Counted from the stretch's first letter, positions 54,094-63,985 are shown. The stretch is 64,000 nucleotides of DNA from Planctomicrobium piriforme (GCA_945869735.1 CAMBPQ010000011.1:1023-65022), one strand, 5' to 3'. Notes: generated from the letters alone by a model not told the origin. Numbers and translations: made by a program.

Positions 54094-54864
54094 CTACCAG
54101 GAGTATCGTAGCCGGCCCGGGCCGGCCGTCAAAATCGAAACAGCCCCGTGAATCAGGCCGCCCGGCGCAGGCTGGCGCAGGCTGGCGTCCGGAGAGGTTT
54201 GCGAGTCTCCCGCGTCGAAGTCGTAGCCAAACCGCTCGATATCCTCCGCGAAGTGGTCGCGGACGAGGGCCGCGAGCCGATCGCTGTAATACTCGCGATA
54301 GTCGCGCCGGGAGCTGGCGTTTACGTGGCCAAGCGGGGCCACGATGGCGATCCGCCGACAAATATGGTTGTAGTCCGAGGCCACCGTTTCATAGCGGCCG
54401 AGGAAGTCGACCAGCAGCCGACCGCGGGGGCCGCAGAGCATCCGCGTCTGCGAGATCTTCCCGCGCCGGATCTCGTAACGGAGGTAGGCCTCGAAATCGG
54501 GTAGTCGTGTGGCGAGGCGGCGGCGATGGCTGAAGTGGGTGGCGTGGTCCGAGGAGGCACGGAGGAAGTGGAAATACGACACCATCAGATCCCAGGGGTT
54601 CCGCACGAAGGCGAACTTAAACAGCGACTCGAACACCTCGCCGGGCAGGTGCCGTCGGAGGGTGTCGGCCGATGCGTGGGGGCGGAACCTCCGCAGGCGA
54701 TACGGTGCGTAATGGTTGACCTGGATGCCGATCCGCGCGAGCCAACGGTTGGCCCAGTAGTGTTGGCTGTGGTCCGCATGCGGAGAGAGCGCGCCGGTCA
54801 CGCTCGAGCCAGCCGTCTTGGGCACGTGGATGAAAGCGAACTGGTGGCGGTATGAGATGAGCAT
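54094..54864 (-). CDS. Sulfotransferase family protein
   Basis: FAFIHVPKTAGSSV is the PAPS 5'-phosphosulfate-binding-loop type, followed by FAFVRNPWDLMVSYF. The start is set at Met 54864; the longer track ORF to 55140 reads through repeat copy D. Confidence 0.7.
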   Translation of the reverse strand: MLISYRHQFAFIHVPKTAGSSVTGALSPHADHSQHYWANRWLARIGIQVNHYAPYRLRRFRPHASADTLRRHLPGEVFESLFKFAFVRNPWDLMVSYFHFLRASSDHATHFSHRRRLATRLPDFEAYLRYEIRRGKISQTRMLCGPRGRLLVDFLGRYETVASDYNHICRRIAIVAPLGHVNASSRRDYREYYSDRLAALVRDHFAEDIERFGYDFDAGDSQTSPDASLRQPAPGGLIHGAVSILTAGPGRLRYSW

Positions 54865-54940
54865 GAAGGGGCCTCCAGGGCCGGGGAGAATCGCGAAACC
54901 GGCGGCCATCTGCAAGGTCGGTTTGCCGGGGCGAGACGTA

Positions 54941-55092
54941 CACGACTTTGATGGATCGCCGGCACGGGGGCGGCAAAAGTCTCGTCGCCGGGGCGAGGAT
55001 ACGCCCAAGGCTCCTCGAGCGTTCGCCGACCCCCGTGCCTCGTCCCCTGGTGCGCCAAGTCGTCGCTCCAGATCTTCCGAATGCGATCTAGA
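54941..55092 (-). repeat. Family-1 MITE-like repeat, copy D (reverse, rearranged right arm)
   Basis: cgactttgatggatcgccgg...ggcaaaagtctcgtcgcc...ctcgagcgttcgccgaccccc...ccgaatgcgatctaga. Confidence 0.7.
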
Positions 55093-56386
55093 CGCACTCG
55101 CCGCGGACGAGATCCTCGGGCGTCTGCCGGGCACGGACAAGCCTGTGCGCTGTGCCGTCGATGAGCACTTCGGCCGGCAGCGGCTTCGAGTTGTAGTTGC
55201 TCGCCATCACAAACCCGTAGGCGCCGGCGATTTCGATTACGAGCAGGTCGCCCACTGCCGCCGCGGGCAGACTGCGGGTGGCCACGAAGCCACCATCGGT
55301 CTGCGTAAAGATGTCGCCCGACTCGCACAAAGGACCGCCCACCGCTACCTCTTCGGCAGCGCCACGCGGGGCCGCGTCCTGCGGGCAGAGGCTCATCGGA
55401 TGGTAGGAGCCGTAGAGCACCGGCCGGGCGAGCGTGTTGAAGCCCGCGTCGACGAGGAGGTATTTTCTCGCGCCCTGCGTCTTGATCGCGCGGACCTCGG
55501 TGATCACCGAGCCCGATTCAGCCGTGAGGTAGCGGCCGGGCTCGATCTCGAGCCGGATACGGTGGCCGAACCGGTCCTCGAGCCGCTTTCGCGTCGCATC
55601 CCAGAGCGTGAAGTAACCCGAGAGGTCGGCATGGACCTCGCCCGGCTTGTAGGGCACCGGCAGTCCGCCGCCAGCGCTCACCATCGTAAGCGACCGGCCG
55701 ACCTCGATCGCCACCCGCTCGAGGGCCTCGGCCACCTCCGCCAGATGCACAAGATCGGTGCCGCTGCCGATGTGCATATGAAGGCCACTGACGGCAAGCC
55801 CGGCCCACTCGGCACGCCTGAGCACATCGGGGATCTCCTCGTGCCAGATGCCGTGCTTCGATCCTTCACCCCCGGTGTTGGTCTTCTGGCTGTGGCCGTG
55901 GCCGAAGCCTGGGTTGACGCGCAGCGTGACATCCGCCCCCGGCATCCGCTCGGCCAACTGCTCGAGCATGTCGGCTGAGCCGCAGTTGACGTGAATGCCG
56001 TGCTTGACGACCGCTTCGAGGCTGTCGCGGTCGAAGATGTCGGCCGTATAGACGATCGGCTGCGCCGGCGGCAGGCCGTCGGGACCAGGCTGGTGGGCGG
56101 CATGGGCCGGGTAGCCAGCGGCGAGAGCCCGATGGATCTCGCCGGTGCTGACGGCGTCGACGAGCACACCCTCACGGCGAATGAGGTCGAGCACTGCAAG
56201 GTTGGAGCAGGCCTTCTGTGCGAACCGCACGGTGTCCCAGGCCGCCAGGTCGCGGCAGCGACGGCGGATCGTCTCCGCATCGTAGACGTAGATGGGCGTG
56301 CCGTATTGCTTGGCAAGCGCGGCGACACTCGCTCCGGCGATCTCGTGGCGGAAGCCGCCCGTGGCGGTGGTCATGGAGGCGATCAT
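55088..56386 (-). CDS. lysA: Diaminopimelate decarboxylase
   Basis: YGTPIYVYD, FAQKACSN (PLP Lys), GFGHGHS, the GGGL region, EPGRYL and GPLCESGD. Confidence 0.9.
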   Translation of the reverse strand: MIASMTTATGGFRHEIAGASVAALAKQYGTPIYVYDAETIRRRCRDLAAWDTVRFAQKACSNLAVLDLIRREGVLVDAVSTGEIHRALAAGYPAHAAHQPGPDGLPPAQPIVYTADIFDRDSLEAVVKHGIHVNCGSADMLEQLAERMPGADVTLRVNPGFGHGHSQKTNTGGEGSKHGIWHEEIPDVLRRAEWAGLAVSGLHMHIGSGTDLVHLAEVAEALERVAIEVGRSLTMVSAGGGLPVPYKPGEVHADLSGYFTLWDATRKRLEDRFGHRIRLEIEPGRYLTAESGSVITEVRAIKTQGARKYLLVDAGFNTLARPVLYGSYHPMSLCPQDAAPRGAAEEVAVGGPLCESGDIFTQTDGGFVATRSLPAAAVGDLLVIEIAGAYGFVMASNYNSKPLPAEVLIDGTAHRLVRARQTPEDLVRGECV

Positions 56387-56421
56387 AAAAAGGAATCAGA
56401 TTGGGGTTGGAAAAGAGCTCA

Positions 56422-58131
56422 TCACGGCGTGAGCGCAGGGGACCCGTCGGCGGGCGCACGCTCGGCACGGGGGCGGGGCCGCGGCATCGGCGCCGGCGCG
56501 GCGCCCTGCCGCACCGCCGCACTAGCGGCGATCGTCCGGATCGCGCCGGCATCGGCTGAGAGCCGAATCGTGACGCCGCGTGCGACCGGCTGCACTGAGA
56601 ACCGCACCTGCGTCGTGTCCTTTACCGCCGCCTCCTCGGCCACCTCGCGGAGCATGTCGCCCTGCGAATCATCGGGACTGAACGCTTTTGTCATCTTCGC
56701 CGCGTAGTCGATCAGGCTCGCAAGCGACAACTCGACGCCGCTGATTGGCTTCGAATCGGGAAGGGGTTTGCCGCCGGCGCCCATCACGGCCGCCAGCCGC
56801 TTGGGCACGTTGCCGCCTGCCATCAGGTAGGCATACTGCGGTAGGACTGCGAGTGTGAGCGTGACCTTGTCGCCGAGTTGCTTGGCGACAGGCGTGCCCG
56901 ACACGTCGATGGTGACCTCGTGGAGCCGGGCGTCGCTCTGCTTGCCGGTGTCGAATTGTACGGTGACATTCGCCGGCAGACTGTCCTTGGCGGCGAGCCG
57001 CTCCTTGACCTTCTTCTCGAGCGCGGCCCCGTCCTTGATTCGCATGCCGACGGTCAACGCCGGCAGCGGCTGCTCCTCGTTGGCTGCGCTCGTGTCGAGT
57101 GTCATGCCTGCATCGACACTTCCGGTCTCGAGCATCGCGGCGACCATGTCGCTGGCGAGGCCGGCAAGCGTCGTCGCCATCGGATCGGTTCCACCCGACG
57201 CCAGGGCGCCGAGGATCCCGGCCTCGATCACCGCGCGGGTAGCCGCGGGTACGGCCTGGGCGTAGTGGCCGCGCACCGCAGCGGGCTTCCCGTCAGCGGT
57301 GGCCGGCGAGCCGACCGTGGCCGTCGCCTTCGCGGCATCCGTCCAGACGTCCGCCGCCGCGGAGCCTGGTGCCATCACGGCAGTCGTGTCGAGGAGCATG
57401 AGATTCTTGTCTTTGTCGACGGCGAATCCGAACAGGAGTCTCTCGACGTCATCGAGGTTGTCGATCACGGCTGCCAGCGGGGCGGCATCCATTGCCTGCC
57501 CCTGCGCCGCGGCGGTTCGCGCGGCCTCGTCGAGCAGACCCTTGAGCCGCTGACGCATCTCGTCGGGCATGCGGGACGGGAAGAGTTCGATGCCGAGCGA
57601 ATAGTCTTTCACGACCGGACCGATCAGCGGCAGCGGATCATCGATCCCGGCGGTCACCCCCTCCTGCGAGATGATCGCCCAGCCGTTCTTTTCGGAGATC
57701 GTGACGAGCGGGGCACCGGGGAGTGCGATGCGTCGCACGCCATCCACCTCCTCGACCGGCCCGGTCATGCCCCGGATCGCCTCGAGGAGCTTGCCGAGAT
57801 CCTTCACGGGCACGAAGGCATGCGCCGACGGCAGCGGGCCTCCTTCCGTGGTGACGACCACGCCGATGGGCCGCTTCACGTCGAGCCCTGCCAACCCCTT
57901 GCCCTGCGTCGCCAGCAGCAGGAACGACTCCGCGAAGCCGGCGAGCGTGGGGTTGCCCACCTGTTCGCCAACCCACGTGAGCTGGTCACGGAGTTCGGCA
58001 TAGCCATCGCTGGCAACGACGGCAATTACCTCCGGCTGGCCGGCCGCGCGGCTCACCGTTCCTCCGCAGAGCAGGGCGACCGCGACCACCTCGATTCCGC
58101 GGATGGAAAGGGAAGACAGGCAGGGTCGCAT
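56422..58131 (-). CDS. Secreted hypothetical protein (alternative upstream start at 58173)
   Basis: Signal-peptide-like N-terminus MRPCLSSLSIRGIEVVAVALLCGGTVSRAAG. The ORF is about 570 aa with no recognised motif. Confidence 0.55.
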   Translation of the reverse strand: MRPCLSSLSIRGIEVVAVALLCGGTVSRAAGQPEVIAVVASDGYAELRDQLTWVGEQVGNPTLAGFAESFLLLATQGKGLAGLDVKRPIGVVVTTEGGPLPSAHAFVPVKDLGKLLEAIRGMTGPVEEVDGVRRIALPGAPLVTISEKNGWAIISQEGVTAGIDDPLPLIGPVVKDYSLGIELFPSRMPDEMRQRLKGLLDEAARTAAAQGQAMDAAPLAAVIDNLDDVERLLFGFAVDKDKNLMLLDTTAVMAPGSAAADVWTDAAKATATVGSPATADGKPAAVRGHYAQAVPAATRAVIEAGILGALASGGTDPMATTLAGLASDMVAAMLETGSVDAGMTLDTSAANEEQPLPALTVGMRIKDGAALEKKVKERLAAKDSLPANVTVQFDTGKQSDARLHEVTIDVSGTPVAKQLGDKVTLTLAVLPQYAYLMAGGNVPKRLAAVMGAGGKPLPDSKPISGVELSLASLIDYAAKMTKAFSPDDSQGDMLREVAEEAAVKDTTQVRFSVQPVARGVTIRLSADAGAIRTIAASAAVRQGAAPAPMPRPRPRAERAPADGSPALTP

Positions 58132-58219
58132 CGGGAAACCTCGTGCTGGTAGTGATGGAGCAGGACCACTCAAATCGTATCAGATGCGACGTGAAATCTG
58201 TATTCTAGAGTCTCTCCTG

Positions 58220-59119
58220 ATGCAGCACGCCCCGCACCATCACGACGCCGAACTCGAGACGCTGCTGCGGTCGCCTGGATCACCACGGATTCGGCTGCAG
58301 GCGCTACTCTATCTGCTCACTGCTCTGACCACATTCGCCGCCGGCGCTGTGGGCTGGCAGCCGTTGGTGCTCGGTGTGGACGAGATTGGCGACGAAATCG
58401 CCGACCACTGGCCGCGCGGCCTGGCCTACACGGTCGCCGTGATGGCCGTGCTGACGGCGCACGAGGCGGGGCACTTCATCGCCGCCCGGCTCCACGGCAT
58501 CCCGGCGACGCTGCCGTTCTTCATTCCGGTGCCCGTGCTCCTCACGGGCACACTCGGTGCGGTGATCGGCATGGAGGGCGGCCGGGCCAACCGGCGGCAA
58601 CTCTTCGACATCGCGTTGGCGGGCCCGCTCGCCGGGCTCGTCGTCGCGGTGCCGATCCTCGCCTGGGGCATGCTCACCGGCGCGGACGATGCGTCGAATC
58701 CCTTCACGCTTGCGCCGCTGGCCCGCTGGGTGCAGGCGGCCGTGCGGCCCGACCTACCGCCGGATGTGGCGGTCGCCCCCAACGCGCTCTTCATGGCGGG
58801 CTGGGTCGGTCTACTCGTGACCGGCCTCAACATGGTTCCCATCAGCCAGCTCGACGGCGGCCACATCAGTCGGGCGGTGTTCGGTCGCTACGGCGACTGG
58901 GTAGCCCGTGGCGTGCTCATGGCGGCGATCGCCGCGGTCATCGCCTTCGGCCAATACAACTGGGTCGTGATGCTCGTGATCGTGACGCTGATGGGCGTCG
59001 ATCACCCGCCCATCCGCGACGATGGGCAGCCGCTCGGGGCCCTGCGAACGGCCCTGGGGATTGCCTCATTCCTGATTCCGATTGTCACCTTCATGCCCGA
59101 GCCACTGCGGCTGAAATGA
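58220..59119 (+). CDS. Site-2 protease (M50) family membrane metalloprotease
   Basis: The HEAGHFIAARLHG HExxH motif lies in a TM context. Multiple TM helices are present, with NMVPISQLDGGH (NxxPxxxLDG). Confidence 0.75.
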   Translation: MQHAPHHHDAELETLLRSPGSPRIRLQALLYLLTALTTFAAGAVGWQPLVLGVDEIGDEIADHWPRGLAYTVAVMAVLTAHEAGHFIAARLHGIPATLPFFIPVPVLLTGTLGAVIGMEGGRANRRQLFDIALAGPLAGLVVAVPILAWGMLTGADDASNPFTLAPLARWVQAAVRPDLPPDVAVAPNALFMAGWVGLLVTGLNMVPISQLDGGHISRAVFGRYGDWVARGVLMAAIAAVIAFGQYNWVVMLVIVTLMGVDHPPIRDDGQPLGALRTALGIASFLIPIVTFMPEPLRLK

Positions 59120-59233
59120 CGAAAAATACCGGCGGATTGCCCGAGGACGAACCGCAGGCTATCTCTTGACGTACTGGCTGGTGGCGTTGTTTTGCCTTCT
59201 GCCCTTCGCCCGCCGCGCTCTTCTGGAAGAATC

Positions 59234-60688
59234 ATGCCGGCTCATCACCGCTCCCGAAAGACGTCGTCCGGCCGCGATCGGCTTCGGGTCGAGGTGCTCG
59301 AACCGCGGCAGGTGCTCGCCTCGACGCTCGTCGCCGTGGGCTCCGACATCGGTCCCGCGAGCACGCCACTCATTCGGCTGATGGATGCCGAGACCGGTGC
59401 GATCGTCGCCCAGACACTGGCGTTTGAGGAGGCGTTCCGGGGCGGCGTCCGCGTGGCGATGGCCGACGTTGACCGTAACGGCACAGCTGAGATCCTGGCC
59501 GCACCGGGTCCGGGCCGCGTCGGAGAGATCCGTCTCTTCGAGCAGCAGGTCTCCGGCAGTGTGACCACGCTGCGCGAGCTGACCAATTTCCGTATCCAGC
59601 CGTTCGGCCCGGGCTATCGCGGCGGCATCGACGTTGCCGGTGGCGACGTTGATGGCGACCGCCACGACGACATCGTCGCCTCGGTCTCGCGAGGCCTGAG
59701 CCTCGTGAACGTCTATCGAGCGCCCTCCTTCGGCGAATCGATCTCGAACGTGCCGTATCGGACGTTCCGTCCGTTCTCAGCCAACTTCCTCGGCGGTGCA
59801 TCTGTTGCCGTGGCCGACGTGGGCACGTTCACCGACGGCAGGCTCGTCGATGCCTCGAGGCCCGATGGCAAGGTCGAGATCGTCATGGGCAGCGGTCCGG
59901 GCATGGCGCCGCAGGTGCGGGTGTATGACATCTCGAGGGCGGCGCCGCGGGTCGTTGACACCATCGCGCCGTTCTCGACCGCCTTCCGTGGCGGCGTGTC
60001 GTTGACCGCGGGCCGGTTGAACGCCGATGCGATCGACGACCCGGTCGTGTCGTCGGCCGCCGGCGGCCCGGGCACCGAGATCTACGACGGCCGTGTGGGA
60101 GCTGCGGCAAACCAGCAGTTGACGAGTTTCGCTGCGTTCGCCGGCCTCTCCCAGGCGCGGGCCGCGGCCTTCGCAGCCGGGATCGACCGCAACGGTGACG
60201 GCCGGATCGACGGGTTTGTCGGCACGCAGGGCTTCGCGGGTGGCAACGCCAACGGCCCCGCATTCCTCGCGCAGGTCGGCAGCCGCACACAGACCTTCTC
60301 AACGGTGACGGGCCCGCTGCGGGTGGCGGCGCTTCGGACGAGCTTCAACGACTTCACGACCACGCTCTCCGGCATGCACTACCGCGTGTTGACTCAGGGC
60401 ACAGGCGTGGCACCGACGGCGGGCCAGACGGTCCGCACGCAGTACACCGGCTGGCTCGTCGATGGCACGAAGTTTGACAGTTCCCGCGACCGGGGGCAGC
60501 CGTTCGCGTTTACGCTCGGCCGCGGGCAGGTGATCGCGGGCTGGGACGAGATCGTCGCCCAGATGAAGCCGGGCGAGCGGCGAACGGTGATCATCCCGGC
60601 GAATCTCGCGTATGGCAGCGCGGCGCGGACCGGCATCCCCGCCAACTCAACGCTCGTGTTCGACATCGAACTGGTGTCCGCAAGCTGA
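59234..60688 (+). CDS. FG-GAP/VCBS-like repeat protein with a C-terminal FKBP-type peptidyl-prolyl isomerase domain
   Basis: N-terminal RLRVEVLEPRQVLA motif and repeated GG(V/I)xVAxxDVDxDG units. The C-terminal SGMHYRVLTQGTG...QYTGWLVDGTKFDSSRDRGQPFAFTLGRGQVIAGWDE...LVFDIELV is FKBP. Confidence 0.75.
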   Translation: MPAHHRSRKTSSGRDRLRVEVLEPRQVLASTLVAVGSDIGPASTPLIRLMDAETGAIVAQTLAFEEAFRGGVRVAMADVDRNGTAEILAAPGPGRVGEIRLFEQQVSGSVTTLRELTNFRIQPFGPGYRGGIDVAGGDVDGDRHDDIVASVSRGLSLVNVYRAPSFGESISNVPYRTFRPFSANFLGGASVAVADVGTFTDGRLVDASRPDGKVEIVMGSGPGMAPQVRVYDISRAAPRVVDTIAPFSTAFRGGVSLTAGRLNADAIDDPVVSSAAGGPGTEIYDGRVGAAANQQLTSFAAFAGLSQARAAAFAAGIDRNGDGRIDGFVGTQGFAGGNANGPAFLAQVGSRTQTFSTVTGPLRVAALRTSFNDFTTTLSGMHYRVLTQGTGVAPTAGQTVRTQYTGWLVDGTKFDSSRDRGQPFAFTLGRGQVIAGWDEIVAQMKPGERRTVIIPANLAYGSAARTGIPANSTLVFDIELVSAS

Positions 60689-60762
60689 GCCGAGCAGGAT
60701 CGGACGGCTCACGCTTTCTTTGCGGTCACTCGACATCGGCGGTGTCTCCCACATCGCCACGT

Positions 60763-60810
60763 CCCTCAGCGACGAGACTTGTGCCGCCCCCGAGCCGGCG
60801 ATACACGGAC
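60763..60810 (+). repeat. Family-1 repeat, partial copy E
   Basis: ccctcagcgacgagacttgtgccgcccccgagccggcgatacacgga matches the right half of copies B and C. Confidence 0.55.
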
Positions 60811-60949
60811 TACTGGGAGCATCCAATAGTGGTCCATCCGGGGTTTTCATGGGCAGAGCGGTAAACGGCCGCGGCGCAGGGCGATCACATCGGTGGTCTG
60901 GACGGGTTTTGTGGAGCGGGAGCCACCAGGCCTTTGAGCGTCCACGGGC

Positions 60950-61060
60950 GAACCAATCCGGCACCGTCTCGATGCGACCCGGATACCCCACGTTCACGCT
61001 TGGGGCTTCCTGACGGGAGGCAAGCTGCACGGATGATCGAACCGATTCCCGATCGTGAGG
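60950..61060. repeat. Composite of the family-2 repeat (copy c) and an 18-nt direct repeat
   Basis: gaaccaatccggcaccgt occurs at 60950-60967 and again at 61179-61196. The family-2 cores are at 60986-61016 (accccacgttcacgcttggggcttcctgacgg) and 61044-61060 (gattcccgatcgtgagg). Confidence 0.65.
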
Positions 61061-61363
61061 AGCCGGGGGTGGCACGCGCAGACGCCGGGGAATCTTTGCG
61101 ACTCACGAGCAATTCCCCAGTCGGCCACCCGAGCAGCCTGTAGCAAAATCCCCCGGCGGCGAGCATGTCACCGCCGGTGAACCAATCCGGCACCGTTTCG
61201 CCCGCGACCCCACGGGCGCACTTCATGGGCAACCCCACGCCCACAAAGTTCCCCGAAGGACCCCTTTTCAGCGGCATGGTGCGGCGATCACTCATCGAAG
61301 CCCAGGCACGCATCGCCGCGGCCTCCGGGCTTTCTGAGGGCGGCATCGCGAACAGTGTGCCGA

Positions 61364-62680
61364 TCAGTCTGCCTTGATCGCATACAGCGCGTCGTACGAT
61401 CGCACGTAGAGCGTGCCGTCGGCAGTAAGCAGCGACGCCGTGATCGCCTCACCGAAGTCGATCGTGTCGAGCTGCTCGAACGTGCGGCCGGCCCGCACCA
61501 CCGTCACCCAGCCGTCGTTCGAACCGTAGTAGAGCCGGCCGTCGACGAGGAGCGGGCTCGTGCGGTGCTGGCCGGTATGCGTCCGCTCGAAGTAGACGTC
61601 CTTGCCCGTCTCCAGATCGACGCACTGGAGCTTGCCGTCCTTGTGCAACAGGTAGACGAGGCCGTCGGCCACCAGCGGAATGCTGACGTCGGGCGTGACG
61701 GGGCTGATCCACTTCACGACCGACTTCTTACCGGTGCAGTCACCAACGAGATCGTCGGTGACACGCAGCGCGACTGTCGGTCCCCCCTTGCAGGTTGGCA
61801 CGATAATCATTCCCGGCGCGAGACAGGGCGAGGAGACGAACCGAAACGTCTGGTCGTGCGGTTTTGGATTCATGTCCGAGGGGCCGTTGAGGCCGCCGAA
61901 CCGCCACACCTCCCGGCCGTCGGCGAGGGCGTGGCCCGTGATGCAGTCGGCCCCGTGCACCACGAGGAACTCGCGACCGTCGTGCCGGTACAGAAAGGGC
62001 GACGCGTAGGAATGCTTGCACTCAAACTGGGCGTTTGTGACGCGGTCTCCTTCCCACACGGTCTTACCCGTCTGCTTATCGAGCCGGATCACCTTGCCCG
62101 TGCGAGTGTCGTCATCAAGCTTCATGGCCCCGTGAATTAACTGCAGGTAGAGCGAATCACCGTCGAGGACGGGCGTGCTCGTCATGCCGAACTGGATATC
62201 GAACCGACCGAACCGCTCGTTGAGGTCGGTCTTCCACACCTCAACGCCGTCCACCGTGTAGCAGGCGAGGATTCCCGTGCCGAAGAACACCCAGACGTGC
62301 TCGCCGTCGGTACAGGGGGAAGGGGAGGCCGAGTTGCCTTCACCAGCGCGGGCATCCTGGTTGCCGCTGGTCACGCGTTGCTTCCAGAGGATCCCGCCGT
62401 CGCGCGTGTTCACGCAGAGGAGCACGAGATCGTCTCCCTCGTTGCTCGTGAGAAAGATCCGGTTGCCCCACACACAGGGCGTGGCGCCTGCCCGGCCGGG
62501 TAACGGCGTCCGCCAGGCCACGTGTTTCGTTTTCGACCAGCCGTCGGGAATGCCTCGCTTGGTGGAGATACTGTCGTTACGCGGCCCACGCCACTGCGGC
62601 CAATGCTCGGCGCAGGCAAGGGGAGCGCACACGGCCAGAGTGAGTGTGGCGACGCTGAAATAGGCAAGTATGCGGTTCAT
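61364..62680 (-). CDS. PQQ-like beta-propeller repeat protein (BamB-like fold), secreted
   Basis: Signal peptide MNRILAYFSVATLTLAVCAPLACA, then WPQWRGPRNDS and repeated ...G.V.A.D..TGK..W propeller blades. AAGGAG SD precedes the ATG at 62680. Confidence 0.8.
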   Translation of the reverse strand: MNRILAYFSVATLTLAVCAPLACAEHWPQWRGPRNDSISTKRGIPDGWSKTKHVAWRTPLPGRAGATPCVWGNRIFLTSNEGDDLVLLCVNTRDGGILWKQRVTSGNQDARAGEGNSASPSPCTDGEHVWVFFGTGILACYTVDGVEVWKTDLNERFGRFDIQFGMTSTPVLDGDSLYLQLIHGAMKLDDDTRTGKVIRLDKQTGKTVWEGDRVTNAQFECKHSYASPFLYRHDGREFLVVHGADCITGHALADGREVWRFGGLNGPSDMNPKPHDQTFRFVSSPCLAPGMIIVPTCKGGPTVALRVTDDLVGDCTGKKSVVKWISPVTPDVSIPLVADGLVYLLHKDGKLQCVDLETGKDVYFERTHTGQHRTSPLLVDGRLYYGSNDGWVTVVRAGRTFEQLDTIDFGEAITASLLTADGTLYVRSYDALYAIKAD

Positions 62681-62815
62681 GGCTCTCCTTGCGTGGGCCC
62701 GGATGAGAGAATACCACAGAGGGCCGCGGAGTTGCTCGAGCACGGTTGTCTTGCCGGCCGACTCGATCAGCGTGGCCTGCTCGACGAGACGCTCGTCGTC
62801 CGGGCCGGCGGTGCG

Positions 62816-63985
62816 TCAGTACCGCACCAAGCCTGCGAGGTAGAGCTTGTCGATCAGCCAATGGCGGCGGACGTAGGACGTGATCTCGCGCCGGACCCGT
62901 TCACGACTCGGCGTATCGCCGAGCGTGCGGGCGGTGAGCCGCTCGGTCTCGCGGCGACCCGTTGGTAGCCACCACGACACGCTCTTCTGGTCCTGCCAGA
63001 CGCGGAACGCCCCGAGGAACCGCGGCAGCCGGCGGAAGGTCAGGCCCGCCGCGCGGAAGCGGAGGATGAGGTCCCAGTCCATCGCGAACCGGAACGACTC
63101 GTCGATGCCACCGCCTACCGCCTCCCAGGCCCGCCGCCGCCAGAACATCGTCTCCTGCGGAATGAAGTCGGCGAAGGCAAGCGCGCGGTCGTCGTGCGGG
63201 GGCAGCACCCAACGGCCAATCTCGGCGTCGGCTTCGTCGATGAGCACGCGGTGGCCGTAGACAACGTCGACTTCCGGATGGGCGCGGAAATAACGTGCCA
63301 CGTAGGCCAGTGAGCCGGGCAGGAGCATGTCGTCGGAGTTGAGATAGGCCATGATCTCACCGGTCGTCCGCCGTAGCCCGCGGTTGATGGCCGGCGCCTG
63401 GCCACCGTCCGCGGCCGACTCCCAGGCGAAGAGCCGCGGAGTGTACCGCTCCAGGATGGCCACGCTCGCATCGGTCGAGCCCCCATCCTGCACGACATAT
63501 TCGAGGGCGGGATAGCCTTGGTCGAGCACGCTCCGGAGCGTCGCCTCGAGCACGTGACCCTGGTTAAAGCTCGGTGTCACGATCGCGATCACGGGGGGAT
63601 CGGCCGGCGGGACTGTCCGCAGGTAGGCGGCTGGCACCTGGAGCGGACGCGGCGCATGATGCACAAGGCGGAAGATCTTGCGGCTGAGGAGCTGGAACCG
63701 CCGCATGGCGAGCGGCTCGAGCGGCTTGACCGTGAACTCCTTCCGGACCGAGCCGCGGAGCCGCTGCTTTGCAAGTTTGGCGGCGACCGCGAGCCGCCAG
63801 GCCGGCCCCAGTGGCCTGCCGTCGTGCCAGCGGTGCCACGCGGCGACCGCCTGATGGAGCGTGGCGTTGAAACCGGGCGTGGTCGGGTCGCTCGCAGCGG
63901 CAGCGACCGCAGCCCCCGTGCTGCCGTACCAGGCGAGTAACGACGTGGAGAGCCGGCCGGCGTTTGCCCGTAGTCGCACCTCCAT
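62816..63985 (-). CDS. Glycosyltransferase family 2 protein
   Basis: IAIVTPSFNQGHVLEATLRSVLDQGYPALEYVVQDGGSTD, then LNSDDMLLPG (DxD-type). The N-terminal limit near the window end is uncertain. Confidence 0.8.
   Translation of the reverse strand: MEVRLRANAGRLSTSLLAWYGSTGAAVAAAASDPTTPGFNATLHQAVAAWHRWHDGRPLGPAWRLAVAAKLAKQRLRGSVRKEFTVKPLEPLAMRRFQLLSRKIFRLVHHAPRPLQVPAAYLRTVPPADPPVIAIVTPSFNQGHVLEATLRSVLDQGYPALEYVVQDGGSTDASVAILERYTPRLFAWESAADGGQAPAINRGLRRTTGEIMAYLNSDDMLLPGSLAYVARYFRAHPEVDVVYGHRVLIDEADAEIGRWVLPPHDDRALAFADFIPQETMFWRRRAWEAVGGGIDESFRFAMDWDLILRFRAAGLTFRRLPRFLGAFRVWQDQKSVSWWLPTGRRETERLTARTLGDTPSRERVRREITSYVRRHWLIDKLYLAGLVRY

Noticed and set aside
9951-61200. Repeat families as a CRISPR array or tandem array
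   Set aside because: The copies are dispersed tens of kb apart and occur in both orientations. They are 150-160 bp long with TIRs and lack regular spacer periodicity. No cas genes are present.
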